Below the pieces are notes generated by a model. The model saw nothing but the letters and a program-made list of their open reading frames with translations. It ran no database searches and was not told where the DNA came from. Positions 1 to 10,513 of a stretch of DNA of 64,000 nt are shown piece after piece. This stretch comes from Ostreococcus lucimarinus. Taxonomy: Eukaryota. How positions within the stretch are numbered: position 1 is the first letter of the stretch; every line of letters starts with the position of its first letter. The stretch lies in the NCBI GenBank assembly GCA_000092065.1, contig CP000601.1, one strand, 5' to 3'. The translations under genes and the position numbers were made by a program.

Positions 1-747
1 TTGAGCGGCGACCCACAACGCGGCACCACAAATTCCATTCGGACGACGACCAGTCTGCATCCAATCCCGCTTCATGGACGCCACGAGCCGCAGCGCCGTG
101 TTCGCCACGGTGTGCATCCGTCGTCCCAAGTTCAACTTGTCCGCGAATCGATGAATGAACAGACTCGGATCGATCGGCTTTTGCATGAGCGGATGCTGCT
201 CCAGTCGCAACAACCGACACAACTGTAAGAACACGCCCCCCAAAACGTACACGTTCGTCTGTAAAATATCCGCGAAATCAATCAACATGTACGGTCTCGA
301 TTCCTGTCGACAGATGATGTACATGCACGCCCCCGCCACTTGCGAAATCCTTCGCCCTCGCGTAAAATTTCTCTGCACCGCGAGCTTATACAGCCGATGC
401 GCCGCGTCCACGACGTCCTCCCTCGGTCGTATCCCCAACCGATCCGCCAACTGTTTAATCTCCAGCTTCCCTCGATACAGCGTGCGCTCGTGCGAGTCCA
501 ACTGCACGCCGTACAGTCTTCCGCCTCGCGTCGCCCGTATCACCCCGTGCGCCACCCCGCTCTCCGGCACGTAGTGTCCATCCGGCACGGACGCTCCCTG
601 CGCGTTCTTCACGAACGTCGCGTCCGCGCTGAACGCCGCGCGCTCGTCTAAAATCTTCCCGCACGTCGTGCAGCACGTGAACCCGTTCGCCTCGTTCGTC
701 TCCGCCGCGACCCGTTTCCCGCACGTCTCGCACCACCGGTGCACCAT
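1..747 (-). CDS. BRF1: TFIIIB subunit BRF1 (TFIIB-related factor), N-terminal zinc ribbon and both cyclin-like repeats. Partial: the gene continues beyond the window start.
   Basis: Not in the ORF track because it runs off the edge. My manual minus-strand translation from the ATG at 747 reads MVHRWCETCGKRVAAETNEANGFTCCTTCGKILDERAAFSADATFVKNAQG... (Zn ribbon with C-x2-C...C-x2-C), then RRISQVAGACMYIICRQESRPYMLIDFADILQTNVYVLG ... DPSLFIHRFADKLNL ... MKRDWMQTGRRPNGICGAALWVAAQ. This matches yeast and human BRF1 block by block. Confidence 0.8.
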   Translation of the reverse strand, partial: MVHRWCETCGKRVAAETNEANGFTCCTTCGKILDERAAFSADATFVKNAQGASVPDGHYVPESGVAHGVIRATRGGRLYGVQLDSHERTLYRGKLEIKQLADRLGIRPREDVVDAAHRLYKLAVQRNFTRGRRISQVAGACMYIICRQESRPYMLIDFADILQTNVYVLGGVFLQLCRLLRLEQHPLMQKPIDPSLFIHRFADKLNLGRRMHTVANTALRLVASMKRDWMQTGRRPNGICGAALWVAAQ

Positions 748-871
748 CGCGCGCCGCACCGCGCACCTCGCGCACCTCGCGCACCTCGCGTCCCGCGCGC
801 ACCGCGCCGTCCTCTCCCGTCGTCGCGCGTCGCGAGCCCAATCCTCGTCGCCCAATCGTCCCGCGCCGACT

Positions 872-990
872 CGACGAAAAACAACCCTCGTATGGCGATC
901 CCGGACGGACGAAAAACACCCTCGTGTGGCGATCCCGGACGAAAAATACCCTCGTATGGCGATCCCGGACGAAAAACACCCTCGTGTGGC
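872..990. repeat. Minisatellite of about four tandem copies of a 30-bp unit (gaaaaacaccctcgtgtggcgatcccggac), about 125 bp upstream of the BRF1 start codon.
   Basis: Read directly from the sequence. It shows up in the track ORFs as the 10-aa periodic peptides KHPRVAIPDE and RSRTKNTLVW. Coordinates are approximate. Confidence 0.6.
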
Positions 991-1183
991 GACGTCCAGC
1001 GCGGTCGCCGGCCGACGGGCCGCGTCAGCGCGCGCGACGCGGACGCGGACGCGCGCGACGCGCGGCAGTCGGCGGCGCGCGTCGGCCGGGCGATCGCGAC
1101 GCGCGCGCTGACGCGGACCGTCGGCCGCGACGCGAGGCGCGACGCGAGGCGACCGACGAAGGACCGACGGGGCGACGGACGCG

Positions 1184-3061
1184 GTGGTTGACGGACGGAC
1201 GGACGGACGGACGGACGGACGCGCGACGACGCGCGACGACGGGACGACGGGACGACGGGACGAGGCGACGAGGCGAACGTCGATGGACGACGGCGCGAGA
1301 AGCGCGCGCGCCAGAGCGCGGACGAAGACGGCGCGGGACGAGGACGAAGACGGCGCGGGACGAGGCGCGGAGGCGGCGCGCGACGACGGGGCGGCGACGA
1401 CGACGCGAACGACGCGGATGGACGAGGACGGCGCGGGAGGATTCGCGCGACGGAGTCGAAATATATTCGCCGACGCGCAGCGACGGCAGTGGTGCAGAGA
1501 GCGGCAGATCGGGGAGCGACGGGGAGGCGCGGCGAGCGCGAAGACGGGGGCGACGGCGCTGCGGTGCTCGAATAAGCGCTTCGTGGAGGAATTGAGGCTG
1601 AGGGAGACGCTGGAGAAGCACGGTGGGTGCGTGAATTGCGTGAGTTGGAACGACGATGCGTCGCTGTTGATCTCTGGGAGCGATGATATGACGGTGTGCG
1701 TGTGGGGGTGCGGGGCGAAGATGCCGCTGAAGGGGTCGGCGTTCACGGGGCACACGCACAACGTCTTCGCGAGCGAATTCGTGCCGCAATCGAACAGCGC
1801 GTACTGCGTCACGACGTCCGCGGATGGAGACGTGCGGTTGGTGGATTTAGAGCGTGGGTTTCGAGGGCCCGCGCCCGCGCATTACGGTTATCGCCTGCGC
1901 GGGGCGAATCAACCGAATTCCGAGTGCAGTCGCTCGCTCTGGCACGGTCGAGGCGCGGGGATGGGGTTCGGCATGACGTTCGTGCCGAACGAACCGAATA
2001 CGTTTTTGTCGTGCCATCAAGACGGTCGCGTTCGTTTGTTCGACTTGAGGCAAAGTCACGGTGGTTTCGAAGGAAACTCACACGAAATCGTCGTCGATTT
2101 GAGCGCGTGCGGGCCGACGTCGGAAATCGTGTTCGACCCGACGGCGCCTACGACGTTCGCCGCGTGCTCGGACGATCCTCACGTGCGCGTGTTTGATCTC
2201 AGACACGTCAAGAGTAACCGGCGAGAAGCGGCGCGCGAATGTCCAGCGGCACCGAGTCCGAGCACGTCGCCCACGGGTCAACCGATGTTTCTGAGATCGC
2301 CTCGGCCTTCGATGAATCACGACATTCCGTGCGTCATGATGCTCAGTCCGCTCGAGCTCGGTCGAGGCGTGCGAAGCCCGGGCTTTGAGGGTATATCTGG
2401 CCTGGCTTACTCGTCCAAGGGCGAACTCGCGATTAACTGCAAAGGCGACGACGTGTACCTGTTGGACACTCGCCGAGCGGCGGCGAATATCAATTCTGAG
2501 GAACGTATTTTTAAGTCGTTCTCCGTGCCGTGGGAAATGCCGATCACGCATCAGGCGGCGAAGAGGTACGTCGGACGCAGAAATGTGAAAACCTTCTTAA
2601 AGGGTGTCGCTTTTATGTGCGACGATGAGTACGTCACGACGGGTGGTGACGATGGCAACGTATACGTCTGGCACAAAGATACGTGCGAGCTCGTGTGCAA
2701 AATGCAAGCAGACAGTCAGGTGGTGAACACCGTTTTGCCGCACCCGCACTTGCCGACCATCGTGTGCTGCGGTATAGACAATCACGTGCGCGTCTTCGAA
2801 GCTGGTGATGGTGGAGTGCATCTCGGCACCCCTCCCATGCGCGATGAACACGACGCTTGGGGATTTGACGAAGAAGATGACGAGGAAGAAGAAGATACGG
2901 ATGAAGACGATGAAGACGAAGCGAGCACCGATAGCGACGACGACCACCGCGGCGAAAATCTCGCGAGATGGTCTCGAGCGCTCGTCGATGCTGCGGATGC
3001 GCCAGAAGAGGATGACGACGATGATGCCGACTTTGAACCTGATTCGATGCGCGAAAACTAA
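1184..3061 (+). CDS. DCAF8: WD40-repeat protein of the DCAF8/WDR42 type with an acidic C-terminal tail (DDB1-CUL4 associated factor-like).
   Basis: HGGCVNCVSWNDDASLLISGSDDMTVCVWG ... GHTHNVFASEFVPQSNSAYCVTTSADGDVRLVDL ... LSCHQDGRVRLFDL ... TTGGDDGNVYVWH matches the DCAF8 repeats. The C-terminus is a poly-D/E tail. The track start at 1184 is GTG inside a low-complexity tract, so the true ATG is more likely at 1283 or 1418. Confidence 0.75.
   Translation: MVDGRTDGRTDGRATTRDDGTTGRRDEATRRTSMDDGARSARARARTKTARDEDEDGAGRGAEAARDDGAATTTRTTRMDEDGAGGFARRSRNIFADAQRRQWCRERQIGERRGGAASAKTGATALRCSNKRFVEELRLRETLEKHGGCVNCVSWNDDASLLISGSDDMTVCVWGCGAKMPLKGSAFTGHTHNVFASEFVPQSNSAYCVTTSADGDVRLVDLERGFRGPAPAHYGYRLRGANQPNSECSRSLWHGRGAGMGFGMTFVPNEPNTFLSCHQDGRVRLFDLRQSHGGFEGNSHEIVVDLSACGPTSEIVFDPTAPTTFAACSDDPHVRVFDLRHVKSNRREAARECPAAPSPSTSPTGQPMFLRSPRPSMNHDIPCVMMLSPLELGRGVRSPGFEGISGLAYSSKGELAINCKGDDVYLLDTRRAAANINSEERIFKSFSVPWEMPITHQAAKRYVGRRNVKTFLKGVAFMCDDEYVTTGGDDGNVYVWHKDTCELVCKMQADSQVVNTVLPHPHLPTIVCCGIDNHVRVFEAGDGGVHLGTPPMRDEHDAWGFDEEDDEEEEDTDEDDEDEASTDSDDDHRGENLARWSRALVDAADAPEEDDDDDADFEPDSMREN
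1186..1262. repeat. (GACG)n microsatellite followed by (GGGACGAC)n-like repeats.
   Basis: gacggacggacggacggacggacg followed by cgacgggacgacgggacgacggga. It gives the TDGRTDGR peptide in the track ORF. Confidence 0.5.
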
Positions 3062-3291
3062 ACGAATGTTCTAGCATACTGTACTGTACAACGATGGAGC
3101 TCGGAAAAACGACGCTGGCGACGACGAAGGATGACAACCGCGGTCTGGGATGATTGCGAGATGACGACGACGACGACGACGACGCTACCGAGCGAAAGAA
3201 TATCCAATTTTTAATTTCAGCAATTAAACTGATGACGATGAAGTAGACGCGCGATGTTTAAGATGCGAAACTTCTTTTATTTAGATACGCG

Positions 3292-3963
3292 CTACTTCAC
3301 GAACCTCGTAATGATGACCACAACTACGCCGACGACGACCAAAAAGAGCAAGAGCATGATGCACTTATCCGTCGCTAACCCACGGGTGATGTCCTTCAGC
3401 ACGCCAAACGACTTTTTCAACGAAAAGTGGATTTCATCGAGATCATCTACGATTTTCTCCAGTTGTTTTGTCTGCCCGCGCAACGCCTCGGCGGTTTGCG
3501 TCCCTATTTGAATCGTCTCCTCAACCACCGCTTCGCTTCGCATGATGCTCTTATCCGTTTGGTCCATGACGTTCCTACCGTGATCAATCAAATCCCCAGC
3601 CTCCATGAGTTGCAACTGCTCATCCTCTACAATCTCCCCCTTTGGCTTTGGCCGGAACGCCGGCAACGTAAACGCCGTCGACGTAGCCGTCGTCGACGTC
3701 GTCACCCCTCCCGACGTGCTCGCTTCCCCGCCCTGACTACCAACCTCGCTCTTCCTCTCTTCTTGTTTCTCCGCGATCGCAATCTGCGCCTCCTTCTTCA
3801 TCTGCACAAACTTGTTCAACCTCGACACGTATTCCTTCTTCGCCGCCGCCAACGCGTTCGCGTCCATGGCCCCTTCGCTCAGCGCCCGTCTCTCAAACTC
3901 CTTGATCAGCTTTTTACTCTCCGCCATTTTATTGGTCAACTTTTTCAAGTGTCCGCTCGACAC
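3292..3963 (-). CDS. NPSN: Qb-SNARE of the novel plant SNARE (NPSN) family.
   Basis: The C-terminal SNARE motif plus TM anchor, DDLDEIHFSLKKSFGVLKDITRGLATDKCIMLLLFLVVVGVVVVII, is almost co-linear with Arabidopsis NPSN11 (DSIHFSLKKASKLVKEIGRQVATDKCIMAFLFLIVIGVIAIII). Confidence 0.8.
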   Translation of the reverse strand: MSSGHLKKLTNKMAESKKLIKEFERRALSEGAMDANALAAAKKEYVSRLNKFVQMKKEAQIAIAEKQEERKSEVGSQGGEASTSGGVTTSTTATSTAFTLPAFRPKPKGEIVEDEQLQLMEAGDLIDHGRNVMDQTDKSIMRSEAVVEETIQIGTQTAEALRGQTKQLEKIVDDLDEIHFSLKKSFGVLKDITRGLATDKCIMLLLFLVVVGVVVVIITRFVK

Positions 3964-4448
3964 CGACGTCTCGCGGCTCTCGAGAACGTCCTTACGCTTG
4001 AATCCGTCCCTGCGCCGACGCGTCGCGAGCTCGCTCCGTCAGTCCCGTCCCTCGCGCGTATTCCGTCTCGTCGCGTCGCTCGCGTCGCTCGAATCCCATC
4101 CCATCGCATCGCGCGACGCACTCTAACTCCGCGAACGCCGTCCGCAGCTGATCTCGCGTCGCCTGCGCGCTCATCGCGTCGTCGTCGACCGTCGATCGCG
4201 CCACGTGTTGTCGGTCGTCGTCGCCCCGCGCGCCCGTCGCGACGACTCACGCCCGATCGCGCGTCGGCGATCGCGCCGTCGTCGCGTTCTCGCCGTCGAC
4301 CGATCGCGATCGCGCGATCGCGTCGAGACGTCGCGTCGAGACGTCGTCGAATTGTGGCGTCGACGCGCGCGCGCATTCGCGTCGTCGCGTCGACTCGCGA
4401 GCGATTAGAATGACTCGTTCGTTACAAACTCGCGCCCGTCGTCGTCGC

Positions 4449-4877
4449 TCAAAACAATCCGAACAGTTTCTTCTTCGGCGCCTCCTCCTTCCCGCCCTTC
4501 CCGCCCTTCCCGCTCGTCGTCTTCGTCTTGCTCGACGTCGTCCCCGCGGCGACGCCGCCCCCCGGCATCGTCCGTCCCGCGCGCGACGGTCTCGCGCTCG
4601 AGATCGTCCTCTGAAACTCCCTTCGCGCCCCGAACGCGGTCGACGCCTCCTTCGCGCCCCGCGCCTTGCGCTTGTTCTCGTCGATCTTTCGCTGCTTCTC
4701 CGCCATGCGTCGTTGAATCTCCTTCGCGTCGATGTTCGGCCCGAACCCACCGAGGCTTTCGATCTTCGGGCGCGTCGCGCGCGCGCGTCGCGTCGTCGCC
4801 GTCCCTCTTCGCGTCGTCACGCGCGTCGCGACGAGCGCGCGCGAGCGCGTCATCGTCATCGCGCGCGGCGTCGCCAT
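4449..4877 (-). CDS. Small basic protein of unknown function (142 aa) with an R/T/A-rich N-terminus and a GKGGKGGKEEAPKKKLFGLF C-terminus.
   Basis: Codon-plausible ORF in a gap between two clear genes. I recognise no family. Confidence 0.35.
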   Translation of the reverse strand: MATPRAMTMTRSRALVATRVTTRRGTATTRRARATRPKIESLGGFGPNIDAKEIQRRMAEKQRKIDENKRKARGAKEASTAFGARREFQRTISSARPSRAGRTMPGGGVAAGTTSSKTKTTSGKGGKGGKEEAPKKKLFGLF

Positions 4878-5314
4878 CGCGTCGTGCTTCGCGTCGTCGC
4901 GTTGTGTCGCGACGCGTCGCGTCCGCGCGCGTTCGGGGTCCGCGCGGCGCGGCGCGCGCGCGGAGGGCGCGCGCGCGAGGGCGCGCGCGCGAGGACGGTC
5001 TCAATCGGACGGTCTCGTCGAACGGAAGGCGCGAGCGCGGGCGGCGCGGGCGCGCGGGCGGTCGGACGGACGACGAACGACGCCATCGAGCGACGCGCGG
5101 CGGCGATGCGGTGACGACGCGCGCGAATCGGGCGAGGAAACGACGCGCGCGCGCGTCCGGGATGCGCGCGCGCGGACGCGGGCGCGAGCGCGCGACGGGG
5201 GCGCGCGAGGAGGCGACGCGACGACGCGCGGGATGTCGTTGGGGACACTCGACGCGCGCGCTGACGGCGCTCGCGCCGGCGCTGTGCGTCACGCTCGGCA
5301 GCGGGGGGGAGACG

Positions 5315-8300
5315 ATGGTGACCGTGGTCGCGATCGGGGCGAGCGCGGCGCGCGGGATGGACGCGATGGGGAACGGAGAGGGGGCGCTGGGCGCGATTTG
5401 GACGACGGCGACGGCGGCGCTCGGGACGCTGCTGACGAGAGGGAGCTGGCGGACGAGCGCGACGGTCGGGACGTCGTGCGCGCTGCTCGCGGTGAATGGG
5501 GTGAATTTGTTTTTATTTTGCTCGTGGTGCACGCTGCAATTTCGGTGGATACACGAGTCGCACGCGGGCGCGGCGGCGACGTGCGAGCGTTTGATTTTCG
5601 CGCTGTGTCCGCCGACGACGACGACGATTCTGACGTGGGCGTTCGCGAGCGCGAGCGCGGGAGCTGAGAGAGCGGCGTTTTACGGCTCGGTCGTGTCGTT
5701 GATCACGCATCGGATGTTTTTGTTTCCGTGCGCGAGCGCGTGCGCGGCGGTGACGAAGACGAACGGGCCTCCGTCGGACAAGCGCTCGGCGTTGACCGAG
5801 AGCGACGCCGAGTACGCCACCGTGGCCACGCTCGGCTTACCCGTCGCGTTGTATTTATGGACGAACCTCGACACACTGTTCAAGTCCCTCGATCACGTCT
5901 TCGCGTGTGGGGCGTTGGTGACGGTCCCGGTGTTGTATTTAATAGCCGCCGGCACGGAGAAGTCGTTGTGGTGGCGCGCGCGCGGCGTCGACGTGGCGTC
6001 GAAAAGGATGGAAACCGCCGTGCTCCTCTTCGCACTCACTGGATTTGCGGTGAGCGTTGAAGGTGGAATAATATTTAGTGAATTTGCCGAGTACATCGAA
6101 ATCATGGCTCCTTTGAATTACATCATGGTGACGGTTTCCGTCCACAGCGCGCTGGCAGTTTTCGCCGCGTGCTACGCAAACGCCGTCGGCGACGGCGTCC
6201 CGACGGGTGCGGTGAAGGCGACGTTGGCTCTGTCTACGTCGACCGCAATTTGTGCTTTGGGTGCACCTCTGTGGATGATTCCGATCCCCATCGCCGGATC
6301 ATCGTCATTCGTCAAATATTATTACGAGGACCGAGAGCCGAAGGATTACGGCGTGTTTGCCGCGAGTTGCGTCGGATGCTTTTCGTGGTTTCTTTCGAAG
6401 AATTTCTGGTCACTCGATGTGCGCGTGGGAGCTTTCGACGTCAAACAATTGTGTGTCGCCATATTACTCCTCGCCGTGGCGGCTTTGGCTTTGCCAGCGG
6501 TGTTGAATACGAAAAGCGCGCGCGCGCCGACGGTTGGCGTCCTCGTCGTCTGTTACGTCTCGGCGCTCGCAACGATTGAACAAATCCTGAGTCAAGCGAC
6601 GCATGACGACGATTCTTTGATTTATCCACCATATTTGGTCATCGTCACTTCCATCAGCGGCTTCTTGGCGAGTCGAGGCCTCGTCATCAGCGGGAGAATC
6701 AGTCGCGAATTTGGCTGGGTGATGCAGAGCGTGTGCGGCGCAAAGCTCTCCATGCTCTTTGTTCGCGGTTTGAAGGAAATGTTCAGCGTCTTGGTGGTCG
6801 TGCTCGCCATCACCGCTCCGCACGCGATGTCACGGCGAATGACTCAATTATCTCCGGGCGCGAGCGTTGGTTATTGCGTCGCTTTGGTGTTCTCTTTGGT
6901 ATTCGCTCGGTTTGCGATGTTTGACGTTATATTTGAACTCTCGGGTCACCGACCGACGGACGCGACGCTCTTCGGTGGACTCCTCCTGATCACGGGGGCG
7001 AGCTTGGCGTCCGTGGTAACGCGACAAAGTTACGGTGATGACATGTTTAGCAAACGATTGATGATGCTCTTGAGTTTCTGTGGCGTCTTTCTCATCACCT
7101 TCCGACCGCCGATGCCTTGGAAGGGCGAGGTGGGCATGTGGTATGACGCCGAACACGTTCCCGACTCTGAAGAAGACGAAGCGAGAATGTACGGCGTGCG
7201 CGAGAACGCGCATCATGGATGGCCGAGCTGGTTGCTGATGTTAGCCGCGCTCACCGCGATATTCGCCGTCTCGTCTCCACGACAACAGACAAAATCAACG
7301 TCAACGATTCGAATCGCCTTAAGCGCCGTGTGCGGTGGGAGCGTTGGTTTATATATGGCGCTGGAATTCTTCGTCCAGCAAGTGGCGCTGACGGCACTAC
7401 TATTTGTCGCGTGTGCGCTGGTGGGAGTGTTCTTGTCTTTCACGTACAGCCCTTCGCCGAAGTCTTCGCGCTGGTTGCCTTACGTGTATTTATCGTTCGT
7501 CTCCGTTCTCGGCTTGGCGTACGTCACACAAATGGGTGGCTCAGACGAGACTGTGGACGACCATCAGGCGAGAATGGAAGGAAAATTCGGTGTCGTCGGC
7601 GTTTTCGCCGGGACTTCGCTGCAAATCGCGTTTGCTCTGAAGTTGAGAATCAAAACGAGCCTGGAGAGCGTGCAACATCGACGACGTCAAGGCGGTACTT
7701 CACCGTTCCTTCCCGCCACTGGTCGCAGTCGTCCGGAATATTTCCGCGGTGTCGCGAGCAGAAACGAGCACAGAGAACTCAAGGCAAAGGCGATCGCTTG
7801 GATGCCAATCATCGGGAACATCGCCACGCTCACGTCCTTTCTCGCGTGCGTGGTGCTGAGCGATGAGTTGGCCGATGGCTCCGCGTTTTCGGTCTTCGTC
7901 CTCGCGCCCATTCTGCTTCTTCTTCACCAAGACTCGGTGATATTTCCTATACTGGAAGACAGCCAACGATACGCTCCACCGCTCGCGATGATCGTGGGTA
8001 AGATGTGCTGGGACGCCGTCGCCGCCATCCTCGCCGGCCCGAACCGAGTTCACGTTCTCGCCGCGACCGCCTCCAAGTTGCCGTGGATGACGCTCAACGC
8101 GTTGAGTCTGCTCCTCGCTTCGGTGAATAGCATCAATTTGGTGCACTACCTCGCCACGAGCGTTCGCACGGACGGGATGACGCTCATCTTGACCGCCCCG
8201 CTCGCCGTCGTGGCGCCGTTTCTTTCAAAAATTCCCTCCGTGCGCGCGCTCGCCTTCACCAGTCTCATCGCCGTCGTCACCCAGCACACCCTCCAGCGTC

Positions 8301-8332
8301 GAGCGAAGATCGTCGGGCTGAAGTATTTATAG
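5315..8332 (+). CDS. Large polytopic membrane protein (about 1005 aa, 18 or more predicted TM helices). Possibly NEF1 (no exine formation 1)-like.
   Basis: Long uninterrupted ORF with alternating hydrophobic helices along its whole length. The track start at 4904 is GTG in GC-rich low complexity that overlaps antisense noise, and the first ATG (MVTVVAIG) is at 5315. The family assignment is a guess. Confidence 0.6.
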   Translation: MVTVVAIGASAARGMDAMGNGEGALGAIWTTATAALGTLLTRGSWRTSATVGTSCALLAVNGVNLFLFCSWCTLQFRWIHESHAGAAATCERLIFALCPPTTTTILTWAFASASAGAERAAFYGSVVSLITHRMFLFPCASACAAVTKTNGPPSDKRSALTESDAEYATVATLGLPVALYLWTNLDTLFKSLDHVFACGALVTVPVLYLIAAGTEKSLWWRARGVDVASKRMETAVLLFALTGFAVSVEGGIIFSEFAEYIEIMAPLNYIMVTVSVHSALAVFAACYANAVGDGVPTGAVKATLALSTSTAICALGAPLWMIPIPIAGSSSFVKYYYEDREPKDYGVFAASCVGCFSWFLSKNFWSLDVRVGAFDVKQLCVAILLLAVAALALPAVLNTKSARAPTVGVLVVCYVSALATIEQILSQATHDDDSLIYPPYLVIVTSISGFLASRGLVISGRISREFGWVMQSVCGAKLSMLFVRGLKEMFSVLVVVLAITAPHAMSRRMTQLSPGASVGYCVALVFSLVFARFAMFDVIFELSGHRPTDATLFGGLLLITGASLASVVTRQSYGDDMFSKRLMMLLSFCGVFLITFRPPMPWKGEVGMWYDAEHVPDSEEDEARMYGVRENAHHGWPSWLLMLAALTAIFAVSSPRQQTKSTSTIRIALSAVCGGSVGLYMALEFFVQQVALTALLFVACALVGVFLSFTYSPSPKSSRWLPYVYLSFVSVLGLAYVTQMGGSDETVDDHQARMEGKFGVVGVFAGTSLQIAFALKLRIKTSLESVQHRRRQGGTSPFLPATGRSRPEYFRGVASRNEHRELKAKAIAWMPIIGNIATLTSFLACVVLSDELADGSAFSVFVLAPILLLLHQDSVIFPILEDSQRYAPPLAMIVGKMCWDAVAAILAGPNRVHVLAATASKLPWMTLNALSLLLASVNSINLVHYLATSVRTDGMTLILTAPLAVVAPFLSKIPSVRALAFTSLIAVVTQHTLQRRAKIVGLKYL

Positions 8333-8771
8333 TTCATAGCGTCGTCGCCGATTGTAGAGCGCCCGAGCGACCGACTTCCTCTCGACGCGCGCGCGCGCGC
8401 CGATCGAGTCCCCACTCCTTGAGTCACGAACGCTCGCATCAACCCTGGCCCACGGGGTCGGGTTCGATTTCGCCGCGCGTTCGCTCGAACGACGTCGAGC
8501 TCGGCCCGCGCCCATCCGTCTCTTTTCGACGCCCCGCCGTCGACGACCCGGACTCGGCCGATCTTTGCGCGCGCTCCACGCACGTAAACGTCACGCACGC
8601 GCGTTCGATCGATTCACCGCACGCCTCGCGCGCACGGACGCGCGCGACGGACGCGCGAAGAAAGTTCTAGGGTCTTCAGTTTGAACGACGCCGAAATCGC
8701 ATTCATCCGCGACTCGTCCTCGATCGAGGGACTGCGTAAAGTTTTAGACACGCGAGCGTCGTAAACGCACG

Positions 8772-9200
8772 ATGCCGAAGAGTAACTCCAAGGGAAAGGG
8801 AGGGAAGAACCGTCGTCGCGGGAAAGGGGGCGGCGAAGACGAGAAGCGCGAACTCATCTTCAAAGAGGACGGTCAAGAGTACGCGCAAGTGTTGCGCATG
8901 CTCGGGAACGGGCGCTTAGAGGCGCAGTGCATCGATGGGGTGAAGCGTTTGTGTCACATTCGCGGTAAAATGCGGAAAAAGGTTTGGGTGAACACCGGGG
9001 ACATCATCCTGTTGGGCTTGCGGGACTTTCAAGACGAAAAGGCGGACGTCATCTTGAAGTACTTGGCCGACGAGGCGCGCTCGTTGAAGGCGTACGGGGA
9101 ACTCCCGGACACTTTCCGCGTGAACGATACGGATACGTTCGAAGAAGAGCGCGACGAGAACGATGACTTCTTCGATTTCGACGACATTAATGACATTTAA
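8772..9200 (+). CDS. EIF1A: Eukaryotic translation initiation factor 1A (eIF1A).
   Basis: [97 protein letters not shown]...[10 protein letters not shown] is essentially the canonical eIF1A sequence, including the acidic DDFDDI tail. Confidence 0.95.
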   Translation: MPKSNSKGKGGKNRRRGKGGGEDEKRELIFKEDGQEYAQVLRMLGNGRLEAQCIDGVKRLCHIRGKMRKKVWVNTGDIILLGLRDFQDEKADVILKYLADEARSLKAYGELPDTFRVNDTDTFEEERDENDDFFDFDDINDI

Positions 9201-9271
9201 GCGCGCGCGCTTGAAAATTGTGTAGCATCATCAATCACCCGTGGCTAATTTGTGAGTTGTTCAATAAAAAT

Positions 9272-10396
9272 CTACGTCAATCTAGCCTCGAACATGTTTG
9301 CATAAAATCTCATCTGCGCAGGTCCGTCGTCTCGACACAAAACGCCTCGGCTTTCTGCCATGTAGAGGTACTCGAGCGCTATTTCGGGCGTCGTCGCTAA
9401 TATTTGCGCCGCCTCGTACGAATCGATTGAATGCTCGTAAGACGGCAATCGCGCGAGCAATCGCGCGCACGCTTCCTCGTCTGTGCGTTCTACGGTATGA
9501 ATCACCATCACTCCGCTTTCAAATTTACGCAAGTGCAAATCGACCCCGAGCGACTCCCACGATTCGCTCGCGCGAAGCATGTCTTGCGGGGAAACTAACT
9601 CCGTGCCTCGCGCGCGATTGAACAAACAGAACGCATCGGTGACGGTAATGATGCCGTTCGATTTTTGCACCACGGGCGTTATCCAATCCGCTAATTGTTT
9701 ACCTAATTCTCGATGAAACTCTGCCCCCGCGTTCGCGCGCGTCACCGGACTCGTAATCCCGAGACTGAGCACGAGACGCTGAAGCTCTGAACTTTCCCCT
9801 TTCCCGTCCATCGACTCCGCGAGCCGCTCGGCGAGCGTCACCATCTCTCCAGCCTTCGCCATGAGCGCTCTGAGATCGGTAAACGCCTCGTCCATCGTCT
9901 TATTCGTCGCCTCCGCGCGTTCGAGCTGTCGATTCACCGCGCCGCCGACGCCCGCCGTCGCCGCCGACGCGCCGCTCGCCCGCCGCCTCGCATCCTCCCG
10001 CGTCGTCTCCACCGCCGCCGTCGCTTTCTGTCTCTTATACTTTACGATCGCGTTCTCGATTTTCCCGCACACCTCCTCCGCGCTCGCCCCTCGCGCGCCG
10101 ATCGTCACCCGTCTCCCGCTCGTCAAAACCAGCGCCACCCCGCGCTCGCGCCTCCTGAACAACCCACCCAGCGTCGACCGCGACTCCTGCGCTCGTTCGC
10201 ACGCCGCCACGTCGTCGTACTCGATCACCGTCCCACCCTCGGCCGCGCTCCCCGCCGCCGCCGCCGTCGCCGTCGTCTCGAACGTCAAAATCAACCGTCG
10301 CGTCGTCGCCCGCGCGACCGCGTCTCGCCGCGCGCGCGCGCCGTCGTCCGCCACGACCACGCGCGCGCGCTCGACGAGCGCGATCTCGTCCCGCAT
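9272..10396 (-). CDS. VPS36: ESCRT-II subunit VPS36, with a GLUE domain and two winged-helix domains.
   Basis: ITVTDAFCLFNRARGTELVSPQDMLRASE ... MVIHTVERTDEEACARLLARL ... GVLCRDDGPAQMRFYANMF matches the VPS36 C-terminal WH domains. The track start at 10492 is GTG and the first ATG (MRDEIALV...) is at 10396. VPS36 is head-to-head with the AsnRS gene. Confidence 0.8.
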   Translation of the reverse strand: MRDEIALVERARVVVADDGARARRDAVARATTRRLILTFETTATAAAAGSAAEGGTVIEYDDVAACERAQESRSTLGGLFRRRERGVALVLTSGRRVTIGARGASAEEVCGKIENAIVKYKRQKATAAVETTREDARRRASGASAATAGVGGAVNRQLERAEATNKTMDEAFTDLRALMAKAGEMVTLAERLAESMDGKGESSELQRLVLSLGITSPVTRANAGAEFHRELGKQLADWITPVVQKSNGIITVTDAFCLFNRARGTELVSPQDMLRASESWESLGVDLHLRKFESGVMVIHTVERTDEEACARLLARLPSYEHSIDSYEAAQILATTPEIALEYLYMAESRGVLCRDDGPAQMRFYANMFEARLT

Positions 10397-10513
10397 GCGC
10401 GTCACGCCCCCGACGCCGTCTCCCGTCCCGTCGCGCGCGTCGACCGCGACGCCCGACGGACGACGCGCGTCGAGCGAAAAAGTCGTCCACACGAGAAAAA
10501 AACGATCAACTCA

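Noticed and set aside
4405-5532. Long minus-strand ORF (375 aa) plus several other 100-300 aa ORFs at 4205-5700
   Set aside because: R/A/D-rich low complexity of the kind that any frame produces in 70 percent GC DNA. It overlaps the antisense strand of the real membrane-protein gene and has no domain or codon periodicity.
8440-8480. tRNA-like T-arm motif gggttcgatttc
   Set aside because: There is no acceptor stem, no anticodon arm and no flanking cloverleaf, so it is a chance match. I found no convincing tRNA, rRNA or snoRNA anywhere by eye, but that is a weak negative.
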